Source: Macrostomum lignano (Eukaryota). From it: 64,000 nt of DNA. Shown in pieces: positions 1 to 13,299 of this stretch (position 1 is its first letter; each line of letters starts with the position of its first letter). A model generated the notes under the pieces. It saw nothing but the letters and a program-made list of their open reading frames with translations. It was not told the DNA's origin and did not search any database. The translations under genes and the position numbers were made by a program. The stretch lies in NCBI GenBank assembly GCA_002269645.1, contig NIVC01000094.1:558001-622000 (forward strand), given 5' to 3'.

Positions 1-1772
1 CAGATCTGATTCAGCACACTGCAGATCTGATTCAGCACACTGCAGATCTGATTCAGCACACTGAAGATCTGATTCAGCACTGCAGATCTGATTCAGCACA
101 CTCAGATCTGATTAAGCACTGCAGATCTGATTCAGCACACTGCAGATCTGATTCAGCACACTGCAGATCTGACTCAGCACACTACAGATCTGATTCAGCA
201 CAGTGTAGATGTGATTCAGCACACTGCAGATTTGACTCAGCACACTACAGATGATTCAGCACACTGCAGATGATTCAGCACAGTGTAGATGTGATTCAGC
301 ACTCTGCAGATCTGATTCAGCACACTACAGATGATTCAGCACACTGCAGATGATTCAGCACACTGCAGATCTGATTCAGCACACTGCAGATCTGACTCAG
401 CACACTGCAGATCTGATTCAGCACACTGCAGATCTGATTCAGCACACTACAGATCTGATTCAGCACTCTGCAGATCTGATTCAGCACACTACAGATCTGA
501 TTCAGCACACTGCAGATCTGATTCAGCACACTGCAAATCTGATTCAGCACACTGAAGATCTGATTCAGCACACTGCAGATCTGATTCAGCACACTGAAGA
601 TCTGATTCAGCACTGCAGATCTGATTCAGCACACTTCAGATCTGATTAAGCACTGCAGATCTGATTCAGCACACTGCAGATCTGATTCAGCACACTGCAG
701 ATCTGACTCAGCACACTGCAGATCTGATTCAGCACACTACAGATCTGATTCAGCACAGTGTAGATGTGATTCAGCACTCTGCAGATCTGATTCAGCACAC
801 TACAGATGATTCAGCACACTGCAGATGATTCAGCACACTGCAGATCTGATTCAGCACACTGCAGATCTGACTCAGCACACTGCAGATCTGATTCAGCACA
901 CTGCAGATCTGATTCAGCACACTACAGATCTGATTCAGCACACTGCAGATCTGATTCAGCACACTACAGATCTGATTCAGCACACTGCAGATCTGACTCA
1001 GCACACTGCAGATCTGATTCAGCACACTGCAGATGATTCAGCACACTGCAGATCTGATTCAGCACACTGCAGATCTGACTCAGCACACTGCAGATCTGAT
1101 TCAGCACACTACAGATCTGATTCAGCACACTACAGATCTGATTCAGCACACTACAGATCTGATTCAGCACACTACAGATCTGATTCAGCACACTACAGAT
1201 CTGATTCAGCACACTGCATATCTGATTCAGCACACTACAGATCTGATTCAGCACACTGCAGATCTGATTCAGCACACTACAAATCTGATTCAGCACACTA
1301 CAGATCTGACTCAGCACACTGCAGATCTGATTCAGCACACTACAGATCTGATTCAGCACACTGCAGATCTGATTCAGCACACTACAAATCTGATTCAGCA
1401 CACTACAGATCTGACTCAGCACACTGCAGATCTGATTCAGCACACTACAGATCTGATTCAGCACACTGCATATCTGATTCAGCACACTACAGATCTGATT
1501 CAGCACACTGCAGATCTGATTCAGCACACTGCAGATCTGATTCAGCACACTGCATATCTGATTCAGCACACTACAGATCTGATTCAGCACACTGCATATC
1601 TGATTCAGCACACTACAGATCTGATTCAGCACACTGCAGATCTGATTCAGCACACTACAAATCTGATTCAGCACACTACAGATCTGACTCAGCACACTGC
1701 AGATCTGACTCAGCACACTACAGATCTGATTCAGCACACTGCAGATCTGATTCAGAACTGCAGATCTGATTC
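1..1772. repeat. Minisatellite, 21-bp unit (CAGATCTGATTCAGCACACTG), runs off the left edge
   Basis: Direct reading. The 7-aa periodic ORFs in several frames (LIQHTAD, RSDSAHC, VLNQICS) are products of the repeat. Variant blocks recur at a 475-bp offset (ORFs 317/792, 331/806, 350/825). Confidence 0.97.
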
Positions 1773-2358
1773 AGCACCGTGCAAATCTTATGCAGACCTT
1801 ACCACTGAAAAGAACCGAGTCAAAGTCTCAGATTCCAAACCAGATACTTCTATGCAAAAACTCAGTCCATGCAAAGTGCCAACAAGTTGGTGAATTATAT
1901 ATTATTATTAATATTTACGCTTGCATCATCAAAAAAGAAAACTTAGCCAGTCACAAACCGACCGAAATAACAAAGAAAAACACATTTAAATTTAAAAGTA
2001 CACGAGAAAAAATACAAGGGCATTGCAGAGGCCACCCTGTAAGATGGAGGGCCTCTATGCTAAAAAATTAATTTGCACATTACGAATTCCTACAAAGCGC
2101 ATCAATCAGGACTGCTCAGCAATGTGTACAGGAGAATTGCTTTCAATCAGCTTGGGCGCAAAAAACATGATTAGAAATTTGCGCAAGTGTTAACTTGGCT
2201 ACTAGCAGAAAGTAGTGTGGTTGGAGTAGTGCGCTCGTATAGGTAGGACATGTATAACGGTAAATTAGTCATTTCTTAAATTTACGCGTATTAACGAGAA
2301 TGAGAGAGATTACTTATAAAATAGACTGCTATATTCACCTACTTTTCTTGCTTCTTGT

Positions 2359-3233
2359 TGTCACTCCTAACCCAATCTGGGAGGATTGTGTCACTCCTAA
2401 CCCAATCTGCAAGGATTGTGTCACTCCTAACCCAATCTGCAAGGATTGTGTCACTCCTAACCCAATCTGCAAGGATTGTGTCACTCCTAACCCAATCTGC
2501 AAGGATTGTGTCACTCCTAACCCAATCTGCAAGAATTGTGTCACTCCTAACCCAATCTGCAAGGATTGTGTCACTCCTAACCCAATCTGCAAGGATTGTG
2601 TCACTCCTAACCCAATCTGCAAAGATTGTGTCACTCCTAACCCAATCTACAAAGATTGTGTCACTCCTAACCCAATCTGGGAGGATTGTGTCACTCCTAA
2701 CCCAATCTGCAAAGATTGTGTCACTCCTAACCCAATCTACAAAGATTGTGCCACTCCTAACCCAATCTGGGAGGATTGTGTCATTCCTAACCTAATCTGC
2801 AAGGATTGTGTCACTCCTAACTCAATCTGCAAGGATTGTGTCACTCCTAACCCAATCTGCAAGGATTGTGTCACTCCTAACCCAATCTGCAAGGATTGTG
2901 TCACTCCTAACCCAATCTGCAAGGATTGTGTCACTCCTAACCCAATCTGCAAGGATTGTGTCACTCCTAACCCAATCTGCAAAGATTGTGTCACTCCTAA
3001 CCCAATCTGCAAGGATTGTGTCACTCCTAACCCAATCTGCAAGGATTGTGTCACTCCTAACCCAATCTGCAAAGATTGTGTCACTCCTAACCCAATCTGC
3101 AAGGATTGTGTCACTCCTAACCCAATCTGCAAAGATTGTGTCACTCCTAACCCAATCTGCAAGGATTGTGTCACTCCTAACCCAATCTGCAAAGATTGTG
3201 TCACTCCTAACCCAACCTGGGAGGATTGTGTCT
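2359..3233. repeat. Minisatellite, 30-bp unit (GTCACTCCTAACCCAATCTGCAAGGATTGT), about 29 copies
   Basis: Direct reading. The 10-aa periodic ORFs (VTPNPICKDC) are repeat artefacts. Confidence 0.97.
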
Positions 3234-3746
3234 TTTAATCCATTCTGAGAGGTTTGAGTCAGTCCTAGCCCATAGTGACAGATTGCAACAACCAAAGTAA
3301 CGCGAATCTGTCATAATATTTCATACGCATGAATGCCATTCGGTTTCGCATAGAAGTATGGCAACAAAAAATCGAAGCGAGCAAGCACGGCAGACTACTA
3401 TCAGTGCTATCACGACAACAAAAAAAGAAATTAAAGCGCACTTCTGTACAGAAACCAATCGGTGTAAGCTGCGGAGATGGAGAAGAGAATAGGAGAGATT
3501 GACACAAATATTGCGCAGATGGCTACCAAAACATATATTGCTAACAGTAGGCTGATTAGAACATATTGCAAAACATCCTTCAAACTGCCGCACAGCCGAC
3601 TTTTGGACATCAATAGAAGGCGCTACTCTCTCTCCCCTCTCTCTGAAAGACTGCGCAGCCCCGACAAGCAGTTGGTAAGCAAGCTTGAACGCCGCATTAT
3701 CAGTCTAGTCTAGGTCAAGATCGGGTTAGAATAAAGGCCAAAGCTC

Positions 3747-4766
3747 TCAGGAGTACTTCTGCACGTAGTTATAGGGGAAAACCCCCCGCCGGCCGTCCTG
3801 GGTCTGGCCGAGCCACCAGCTGTCGTCCTCCCTGCCCAGCACGGTGATGATGTCGTTCTGACGGAACCGCAGCTCGTCCGGGTCCTGCGGATTGAAGTCG
3901 AACAGGGCGATGACCTGCTGGGGAATTGGGGCGGGGCCCGGGGCCGGCGCCGGCGAGGGCCCGCTGGAGTCGGTCACCATGTCCCGGAGCAGCATGGTCT
4001 GGTTGGTTTGGCTCACCGAGTGAGTCCGATGGTGCTGAATGATTTTATTGATGCTGTCAAACTTGCTGTACCACAGGTAGTACTGGTTCCTCTCGTCTTT
4101 CAGCACCTGCGGGCAAGCGGGCCGATGGTTCAATTGCGTCAATCACAGCATATCTAGCCGAGTGCCAGCCAATCACAGCATATCTAGCCCAGTACCAGCC
4201 AATCACAGCATATCTAGCCCAGTGCTAGCCAATCACAGCATATCTAGCCCAGTGCTAGCCAATCACAGCATATCTAGCCCAGTGCTAGCCAATCACAGCA
4301 TATCTAGCCCAGTGCCAGTCAATCACAGTATCCCTAGCCCAGTGCCAGTCAATCACAGTATCCCTAGCCCAGTGCAGTTCCAGCTAATCACAGCAACGGT
4401 AGCCCAGTCTCAGCTCACCTTAAAATGCTGCACCTGACCGCCGTACTTGACGCTCAGGCTGAAGTCGGGCGCGGTTGTCTCGCTAGTGCGCACTAGGAAG
4501 GCGCCGTCGGGCTGCACGTAGCCGCCCCGGGCGTCCCTCCGCAAGAGAATCTCCTCTGCTTTGGTGCGGCTGCAGTTAGGCACGTACCAGGAGTGCTCCT
4601 GCATCCGCACGTAGTTATTTGGAATGAGGCCGGTGACGCCATTAGCCTCAGCCAGGTACCAGCCGGGGTCCTCTTCCATGCTGAGAATTTTCAGCACCTG
4701 GTTTCGGGTGAACGGCAGCTCGTCCGGGTTGCCAGGATTGAAATCGTGCAGAGCCACAGCTTCCAT
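3747..4766 (-). CDS. GRB2: GRB2/drk/Sem-5 adaptor (SH3-SH2-SH3), join(4766..4419, 4106..3747), 235 aa
   Basis: N-SH3 MEAVALHDF..DELPF..WYLAE..GLIPNNY; SH2 WY..SRTKAEEILL..GAFLVRTSE..DFSLSVK..VQHFK|VLKD..YYLW..KF; C-SH3 VIALFDFNPQDPDELRF..WWLG..GVFPYNYV. Phase-0 intron 4418..4107 with GTGAG donor and GCAG acceptor joins HFK|VLK. Confidence 0.95.
4141..4412. repeat. Intronic minisatellite of GRB2, 30-bp unit (AATCACAGCATATCTAGCCCAGTGCTAGCC), about 9 copies
   Basis: Fills almost the whole 312-bp intron. The last degenerate unit runs into the donor site. Confidence 0.93.
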
Positions 4767-4813
4767 GCCTTTGCTGCTGGCGAACAGGGCAACATAATTT
4801 GATACATTGAGAA

Positions 4814-6290
4814 GTTGGGACTGATTTGAGCACTGAGTAGCTAGTTGGGATCAATTTGAGCACTGACTAGCTACTTGGGATCAATTTAAGCAGAGTAGCT
4901 AGTTGGGATGAGTTTGAGCACTGACTAGCTACTTGGGATCAATTTGAGCAGAGTAGCTAGTTGGGATGAGTTTGAGCACTGACTAGCTACTTGGGATCAA
5001 TTTGAGCACTTGTTAGCTATTTGAGCACTGACTAGCTATTTGGGATCAATTTGAGCACTTGTTAGCTATTTGAGCACTGACAAGCTAGTTGGGATCAATT
5101 TGAGCACTTGTTAGCTATTTGAGCACTGACTAGCTATTTGGGATCAATTTGAGCACTTGTTAGCTATTTGAGCACTGAGTAGCTAGTTGGGATCAATTTG
5201 AGCACTGAAGCTAGTTGGGATCAATTTGAGCAGAGTAGCTAGTTGGGATGAGTTTGAGCACTGACTAGCTACTTGGGATCAATTTGAGCAGAGTAGCTAG
5301 TTGGGATGAGTTTGAGCACTGACTAGCTACTTGGGATCAATTTGAGCACTTGTTAGCTATTTGAGCACTGACTAGCTATTTGGGATCAATTTGAGCACTT
5401 GTTAGCTATTTGGGATCAATTTGAGCACTTGTTAGCTATTTGAGCACTGACTAGCTATTTGGGATCAATTTGAGCACTTGTTAGCTATTTGAGCACTGAC
5501 AAGCTAGTTGGGATCAATTTGAGCACTTGTTAGCTATTTGAGCACTGACTAGCTATTTGGGATCAATTTGAGCACTTGTTAGCTATTTGAGCACTGAGTA
5601 GCTAGTTGGGATCAATTTGAGCACTGAGTAGCTAGTTGGGATCAATTTGAGCACTGACTAGCCAGTTGGGATCAATTTGAGCACTGACTAGCTAGTTGGG
5701 ATCAATTTGAGCAGAGTAGCTAGTTGGAATGAGTTTGAGCACTGACTAGCTACTTGGGATCAATTTGAGCACTTGTTAGCTATTTGAGCACTGACTAGCT
5801 ATTTGGGATCAATTTGAGCACTTGTTAGCTATTTGAGCACTGACTAGCTAGTTGGGATCAATTTGAGCACTTGTTAGCTATTTGAGCACTGACTAGCTAT
5901 TTGGGATCAATTTGAACACTTGTTAGCTATTTGAGCACTGACTAGCTATTTCGGATCAATTTGAGCATTTGTTAGCTATAGCTATTTGAGCACTGACTAG
6001 CTATTTGGGATCAATTTGAGCACTTGTTAGATATTTGAGCACTGACTAGCTATTTGGGATCAATTTGAGCACTTGTTAGCTATTTGAGCACTGACTAGCT
6101 ATTTGGGATCAATTTGAGCACTTGTTAGCTATTTGAGCACTGACTAGCCAGTTGGGATCGACTTGAGCACTGGTTAGCTAGTTGGGATCGATTTAAGTAC
6201 TGAATAGCTAGTTGGGATCAATTTGAGCACTGACTAGCTACTTAGGATCAAGTTGAGCACTGACTAGCTACTTGGGATCAATTTGAGAAC
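4814..6290. repeat. Composite minisatellite (about 30-bp TTTGAGCACTGACTAGCTACTTGGGATCAA and 19-bp TTTGAGCACTTGTTAGCTA units) upstream of the GRB2 ATG, probably intronic
   Basis: Direct reading. It lies between an acceptor at 4778-4777 and a GTAAGC donor at 6521. Confidence 0.93.
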
Positions 6291-6521
6291 TAGTACTAGT
6301 ATCTTAAAAGGTGAATGCAGTAAAAAATAAGACACGAAAGCAACAGACACGTGAAATAGTAGGATGCATCGCACGGCAGACAGACAGACAATATGTGTGG
6401 TGTTATATTTAGCATGCTCATTCATCGCCAATGGGACGCTGCCGCATAAATATGCATAATTTCATGTATTATGTTCGTATAGCAAATATTCCTCACTCCA
6501 GTTAAGCAGATAAATGCTTAC

Positions 6522-6569
6522 GAAAACAAATACACGGAGCGGGCCATCGGGTGCTGCTTGGGGATTTTG
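6522..6569 (-). other. Putative upstream exon of GRB2 (48 nt) with an ATG in frame with the main exon
   Basis: Minus strand reads CTTTCTTTTTTAAAG|ACAAAATCC..ATGGCCCGCTCCGTGTATTTGTTTTC|GTAAGC. Splicing to the CAG acceptor at 4777 gives MARSVYLFSSKG-MEAVAL. Confidence 0.5.
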
Positions 6570-7885
6570 TCTTTAAAAAAGAAAGTGATAAACAACTCAA
6601 ATGACGATTCAATATAACGATATAATTATTAATAATAGCTTATTAATATTTGTCGGTTAACTTCAGCCTCCCACAGACTGCAAGACAGTAGGCTTTAACA
6701 CAGAGTCTATAAAATTGCTAATAAACAGACACAAACAGTGGCATTAGAAGGGAATGGCTAGCCCGGACACTTTAGTCGCGCATTGTACTACTCGCTAGTA
6801 GCGAAACCGCCGCTATTTTTTCTAATATTAAAAAAAACTGTTAGCAAAATTGCATTCCAATACGGCAGAGAATCTCAATATAAACCTGTAATGTCTTTAC
6901 ACACACGGGGCGCTACTGTATACAGGCAGCGGAGCTGGCGGCGCGCTTCACTCATTTACACGAAGCGCCGGCAGCAGCAAAGAAGAAAGAGAGAAACAAA
7001 GGAGCTGTTTTGGGGGGTTGGGGGGGGAGGAGACGCCAGGCGGACAGGTATAATACAAACCACATATATATAATATAAACACATCATACTAGAGCAGCAT
7101 TTATACATATAAAGCAATTCTTGTTTTGGTTTTCTGCAACAAAAAAAAATGAGAGAAAAAAGAGAAGAAGATCGAAGTAAAACTGCGGGAACAAAAGCTT
7201 AGTATTTGCTAGTTTTACTTATTTATACGAAACAACAGAAATACGGGGTGACATCAATTAATCGATGAAATCAAATCGATCAGTTGAGGATGAGTGACGC
7301 GGACTAAACATCGGTCTGGGGCGCGGGCATCGGGCCAGCTGCCCAGCTTGATAACACAGAAGGCGCGCGGGGACCAGAAGAAGACAATGAGAGAGTGGCT
7401 AAGCAAGAGTGTAGCGAATATATGTTTATTACTGTTATCACCTATAGAATTAGTAAATTATTTCACCCAAGCTCTCGGTGGCTCTGTTCAGATCTTATTC
7501 TGCACTACTAAGTATGCTTGCAGTATTCTGTCTATTGTCAAAATAAACTCAAAAAATGTTAAGCTTGAATATACTCGCACTTTACATAATATACTACTTT
7601 TAACAATAAATTGAAGTAGAAAAATCGAGTTCTTATTACGATTTGTATTATAAATTAAAAAAATTAAATTACACAAGAAAAATCTGATAAATGATTTCTC
7701 GATTTGAGGGTTCATATTGTACTATTTAGCATTACTCACGAGTACATATGCACAGATACATGGCCGCACAGGTCGTCATCTCACAATACAGGCCCCAACT
7801 CCGCTTGCTTTTCAACAGCTATTTCATTACTTTGCATGGGGAGGTGGCGGGGCCGCTGGGTGCAGGGGAGGTTGACGCGGCGCTC

Positions 7886-10800
7886 TCACGAGGTGCCGCC
7901 CGCCCCGCTGCTGCCAACAAAGCCGCTGCCGGACCCGACGCCGCCCACAACTCCGCTGCTGCCGGCTCCGCCGACGCTGGCACCGCTGGCGGCTCCGGGC
8001 ACGGCGGCGCCCAGGGTGGTGCCAACGCTGACGTGATGGTCGGGATAGTTGCAAGGCGACTGGTCAATCTGGTCGTAATAGATTGTCAGCGACTTCTGCT
8101 GGCGAGTCCAGGTCTTCGTGTCCCAGTAGTAATAGAATCCGCGCTCGCCCTGCGGCGCCGGGATCTTCTCAACATTCTGCTGGCAGCGGGTCACCCACAG
8201 CTTCTCGCTCTTGATCCAGCGCCACTCGCGCCTGTGCAGCTCCTTGGCGGCGCTGAGCTGCAGGTGGTCGCAGGTGCAGTTGTAGAACAGCCAGAACAGC
8301 GTCTCGAACTGCAGCTGGTCGAGCGGAGGCGGCGGCAATTTTTCGCGAATCTGACTGCCAACCAGGTACTCCTGTGGCACCGGATAGTCGATGTACTGCG
8401 GCTTGGCTAGGCACTGCTCAGCCCACGGAGAGCCCAGGCAGGAGTAGATCTCGCTGGGCAAATGCGGGCACAGGGTTCGGAGCATAATGCAGTGTGGTTG
8501 AGCATACTGACTAACAAGTAACTGAATGCGATTGGATTTAGAGCGAATTCGGGCATCTGGGTCACCGATTTGGGTATCCGGGTCACTGATTCGGGTATCC
8601 GGGTCACTGATTTGGGCATCTGGGTCACCGATTTGGGCATCTGGGTCACCGATTTGGGCATCTGGGTCACCGATTTGGGTATCCGGGTCACTGATTCGGG
8701 TATCCGGGTCACTGATTCGGGTATCCGGGTCACCGATTTGGGCATCTGGGTCACCGATTTGGGCATCTGGGTCACCGATTTGGGTATCCGGGTCACTGAT
8801 TCGGGTATCCGGGTCACTGATTCGGGTATCCGGGTCACCGATTTGGGCATCTGGGTCACCGATTTGGGCATCTGGGTCACCGATTTGGGTATCCGGGTCA
8901 CTGATTCGGGTATCCGGGTCACTGATTCGGGTATCCGGGTCACCGATTCGGGTATCCGGGTCACTGATTCGGGTATCCGGGTCACTGATTCGGGTATCCG
9001 GGTCACTGATTTGGGTATCTGGGTCACCGATTTGGGCATCCGGGTCACTGATTCGGGTATCCGGGTCACTGATTCGGGTATTCGGGTCACTGATTTGGGT
9101 ATCCGGGTCACTGATTCGGGTATCCGGGTCACTGATTTGGGTATCCGGGTCACCGATTTGGGTATCCGGGTCACTGATTTGGGCATCTGGGTCACCGATT
9201 TGGGTATCCAGATCACTGATTTGGGCATCTGGGTCACTGATTTGGGCATCTGGGTCACTGATTTGGGCATCTGGGTCACTTATTTGGGCATCTGGGTCAC
9301 TGATTTGGGCATCTGGGTCACTGATTTGGGCATCTGGGTCACCGATTTGGGCATCTGGGTCACCGATTTGGGCATCTGGGTCACTGATTCGGGTATCTGG
9401 GTCACCGATTTGGGCATCTGGGTCACTGATTTGGGCATCTGGGTCACTGATTTGGGCATCTGGGTCACTAATTTGGGCATCTGGGTCACTGATTTGGGCA
9501 TCTGGGTTACTGATTCCGGTATCTGGGTTACCAATTTGGGTATCTGGGTTACTGATTTGGGTATCTGGGTTACTGATTTGGGTATCTGGGTTACCGATTT
9601 GGGTATCTGGGTTACTGATTTGGGTATCTGGGTTACCGATTTGGGTATCTGGGTTGATTTGGGTATCTGATGATTTGGGTATCTGGGTTACTGATTTGGG
9701 TATCTGGGTTACCGATTTGGGTATCGGGGTCACCGATTTGGGTATCCGGGTCACCAATTTGGGTATCGGGTCACCGATTTGGGTATCCGGGTCACCAATA
9801 TGCTTTTCAAAGTTATTGATTCGGGTATCCGGGTCACTGATTCGGGTATTCGGGTCACTGATTTGGGTATCCGGGTCACTGATTCGGGTATCCGGGTCAC
9901 TGATTTGGGTATCCGGGTCACCGATTTGGGTATCCGGGTCACTGATTTGGGCATCTGGGTCACCGATTTGGGTATCCAGATCACTGATTTGGGCATCTGG
10001 GTCACCGATTTGGGCATCTGGGTCACTGATTTGGGCATCTGGGTCACCGATTTGGGTATCCAGATCACTGATTTGGGCATCTGGGTCACTGATTTGGGCA
10101 TCTGGGTCACTGATTTGGGCATCTGGGTCACTGATTTGGGCATCTGGGTCACTGATTTGGGCATCTGGGTCACTGATTTGGGCATCTGGGTCACCGATTT
10201 GGGCATCTGGGTCACCGATTTGGGCATCTGGGTCACTGATTCGGGTATCTGGGTCACCGATTTGGGCATCTGGGTCACTGATTTGGGCATCTGGGTCACT
10301 GATTTGGGCATCTGGGTCACTGATTTGGGCATCTGGGTCACTAATTTGGGCATCTGGGTCACCGATTTGGGCATCTGGGTTACTGATTCCGGTATCTGGG
10401 TCACCGATTTGGGTATCCGGGTCACCAATATGCTTTTCAAAGTTATTGATTCGGGTATCCGGGTCACTGATTCGGGTATTCGGGTCACTGATTTGGGTAT
10501 CCGGGTCACTGATTCGGGTATCCATGTCACTGATTTGGGTATCCGGGTCACCGATTTGGGTATCCGGGTCACTGATTTGGGCATCTGGGTCACCGATTTG
10601 GGTATCCAGATCACTGATTTGGGCATCTGGGTCACCGATTTGGGCATCTGGGTCACTGATTTGGGCATCTGGGTCACCGATTTGGGTATCCAGATCACTG
10701 ATTTGGGCATCTGGGTCACTGATTTGGGCATCTGGGTCACTGATTTGGGCATCTGGGTCACTGATTTGGGCATCTGGGTCACTGATTTGGGCATCTGGGT

Positions 10801-13248
10801 CACCGATTTGGGCATCTGGGTCACCGATTTGGGCATCTGGGTCACTGATTCGGGTATCTGGGTCACCGATTTGGGCATCTGGGTCACTGATTTGGGCATC
10901 TGGGTCACTGATTTGGGCATCTGGGTCACTGATTTGGGCATCTGGGTCACTAATTTGGGCATCTGGGTCACCGATTTGGGCATCTGGGTTACTGATTCCG
11001 GTATCTGGGTTACCAATTTGGGTATCTGGGTTACTGATTTGGGTATCTGGGTTACTGATTTGGGTATCTGGGTTACCGATTTGGGTATCTGGGTTACTGA
11101 TTTGGGTATCTGGGTTACCGATTTGGGTATCTGGGTTACTGATTTGGGTATCTGGGTTACTGATTTGGGTATCTGGGTTACCGATTTGGGTATCGGGGTC
11201 ACCGATTTGGGTATCCGGGTCACCAATTTGGGTATCGGGGTCACCGATTTGGGTATCCGGGTCACCAATATGCTTTTCAAAGTTATTGATTTGGGTATCG
11301 GGGTCATCGATTTAGTATCGGCAGGGTGACTGCTGAAAGCCATAACCATAGACTTACGAAGTATTATTCAGCGGCAAGCCCAAAGAGTTGAGGTCGATGC
11401 CGGGCGCTATGATAACAAAGTTGGGATTCTCGTCTCCCACTTTTATTAGCGACAACAGGCCGATCATGCCGAACTGGTCCCGAACCATGCTCGCCGGGAC
11501 GCCAGTAATGGAGCCGTTCTGGTGGTACACCACTGTGCTGCGACCCAGAGGTGTCATGGGGTCCGCTGAGCCGGGCAGACCCGCCGAAGCCGCCGCTGCA
11601 GCGGCCGTCCCGCCGTCGGCAAGGCTGCCGCCTGTCCCGGACACGCCAGCCGTCGCTAACGATGCTGAGTTCGGCGGCATGGCGACAGACGATGAGGCTG
11701 CAACGGAGCCAGGCGCGGCGGAAGTGGCCGGCTGAGTGCCCGGCAAAGCGGGGAAATCCTCCTGCTGGATGCTGAACTCCTCGGGTGCTTTGCTAGCCGC
11801 GGAAACGAAGTTAATGCGGCCGGACACTCCGGCCGAGGCTGGCCGGCCAAGCATGGGAAACTCGGACGGGTCGGGTAGCCGCTTCTGCCCGACAGGGGCC
11901 TGCAGCATCAAGCCGGGGATGCTCCGCGCTTGGCTGCCGCCGCTGCCGCTGGCCAAGCCGAGGCCGCTTCCGGGCGGGACGCCGGATGCCAGACGGCCGC
12001 TGCCGACGCCGACAATCCCGACGCCGCTGCCGCCGGCGCCTTGTAGCTTGCCCGAGGCGCTGATCTGGCGCGAATAAGTCGCCATGGACGAGGCTGGCGA
12101 GCCAACGGACGACAGCAGGCCGTCGCTGAAGTCTGCTGACGAATGGTCGAATAGCTTACTGGCGCGCTGCTGGTCCGGCTGCGAGGACGGGCCCGGCGCT
12201 CCCAGCTGCTGGGGGAACAGGCCGGAGTTCGGCTGCTTGCCCACTGCCGAGTTCAGCGGCATGGAGGATTGAAATCCTGCACCAATTATGCCGCCACCGC
12301 CACCGCTGCTCGATGACGGCACTGGGCTGGTGTTGCGCATCAGGCCGGGGAAGCCGCCGCCATCTGGCGACCAGCCGTATTGGTCCGTGTTGCTGAAGGC
12401 TCTGGGGACGGGGATGGGCGATTAGGAGATATACTACTGATACAGTAGCTTATAAATGATAATCTAGAGATACTACTATTACAGTAGCTTATAAATGATA
12501 ATCCAGAGATACTACTGATACAGTAGCTTATAGATTATAATCCAGAGATACTACTGATACAGTAGCTTATAAATGATAATCCAGAGATACTACTGATACA
12601 GTAGCTTATAAATGATAATCTAGCGATACTACTGATACAGTAGCTTATAAATGATAATCTAGACATACTACTGATACAGTAGCTTATAAATGATAATCTA
12701 GACATACTACTGATACAGTAGCTTATAAATGATAATCTAGAGATACTACTGATACAGTAGCTTATAAATGATAATCTAGAGATACTACTGATACAGTAGC
12801 TTATAAATGATAATCTAGAGATACTACTGATACAGTAGCTTATAAATGATAATCCAGAGATACTACTGATACAGTAGCTTATAAATGATAATCTAGCGAT
12901 ACTACTGATACAGTAGCTTATAAATGATAATCTAGAGATACTACTGATACAGTAGCTTATAGATTATAATCCAGAGATACTACTGATACAGTAGCTTATA
13001 AATGATAATCTAGCGATACTACTGATACAGTAGCTTATAAATGATAATCTAGACATACTACTGATACAGTAGCTTATAAATGATAATCTAAAGATACTAC
13101 TTATACAGTGGTTTAGTTATATCAGTTATACAGGTGGAAAAGTCAAGCGAACTCACGGTCCTAATCCTGCCATTGGATGGTTGAATTGTTGCGCATGGAA
13201 TAACGGCAAGGCGCTGGGTTCAATGCGAGGCTGCACTTGGAATTCAGG
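7886..13248 (-). CDS. CNOT2: CCR4-NOT subunit 2 (CNOT2/Regena), join(13248..13157, 12401..11358, 8453..7886). About 542 aa from the Met at 13173, possibly extended upstream.
   Basis: Conserved LPDPSEFPML and EFSIQQEDFPALPGTQ motifs; DQFGMIGLL..IKV..PN..IAPGIDLNSLGLPLN; NOT box SPWAE..YPVPQEYL..ETLFWLFY..LQLSAAKELHRREWRW..LWVTR..ERGFYYYWD..W..QKSLTIYYDQ. Both introns are GT-AG and phase 2 (GGACC|A GCC; ACT TC|C GAG). Confidence 0.92.
8548..11315. repeat. Intronic minisatellite of CNOT2, 21-bp unit (ATCTGGGTCACTGATTTGGGC), about 130 copies
   Basis: Occupies intron 8454..11357. It produces the 7-aa periodic ORFs (QISDPDA, IWVTDLG, TQMPKSV, WASGSLI). Confidence 0.97.
12428..13105. repeat. Intronic minisatellite of CNOT2, 39-bp unit (GATACTACTGATACAGTAGCTTATAAATGATAATCTAGA), about 17 copies
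   Basis: Direct reading, within intron 12402..13156. Confidence 0.95.
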
Positions 13249-13299
13249 CTGAAAATGCAATTAAAAAACTGTAATTAAAATAAACTATAGAAATCCTAT

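Noticed and set aside
7819-8414. Overlapping GC-rich ORFs in alternative frames or strands of CNOT2, PIH1D1, TARBP2, the GPCR and ETS exons
   Set aside because: Expected shadow ORFs of high-GC coding exons.
7886-10525. 879-aa ORF fusing about 680 aa of (QISDPDA)n to the NOT box, with compensating indels near 9650-9780 that restore the frame
   Set aside because: A canonical acceptor at 8454 restores CNOT2 continuity (NNTS|EIY), and intron retention meets TAA at the donor. A stop-free 21-bp unit stays open by construction, and frame restoration has about a 1-in-3 chance.
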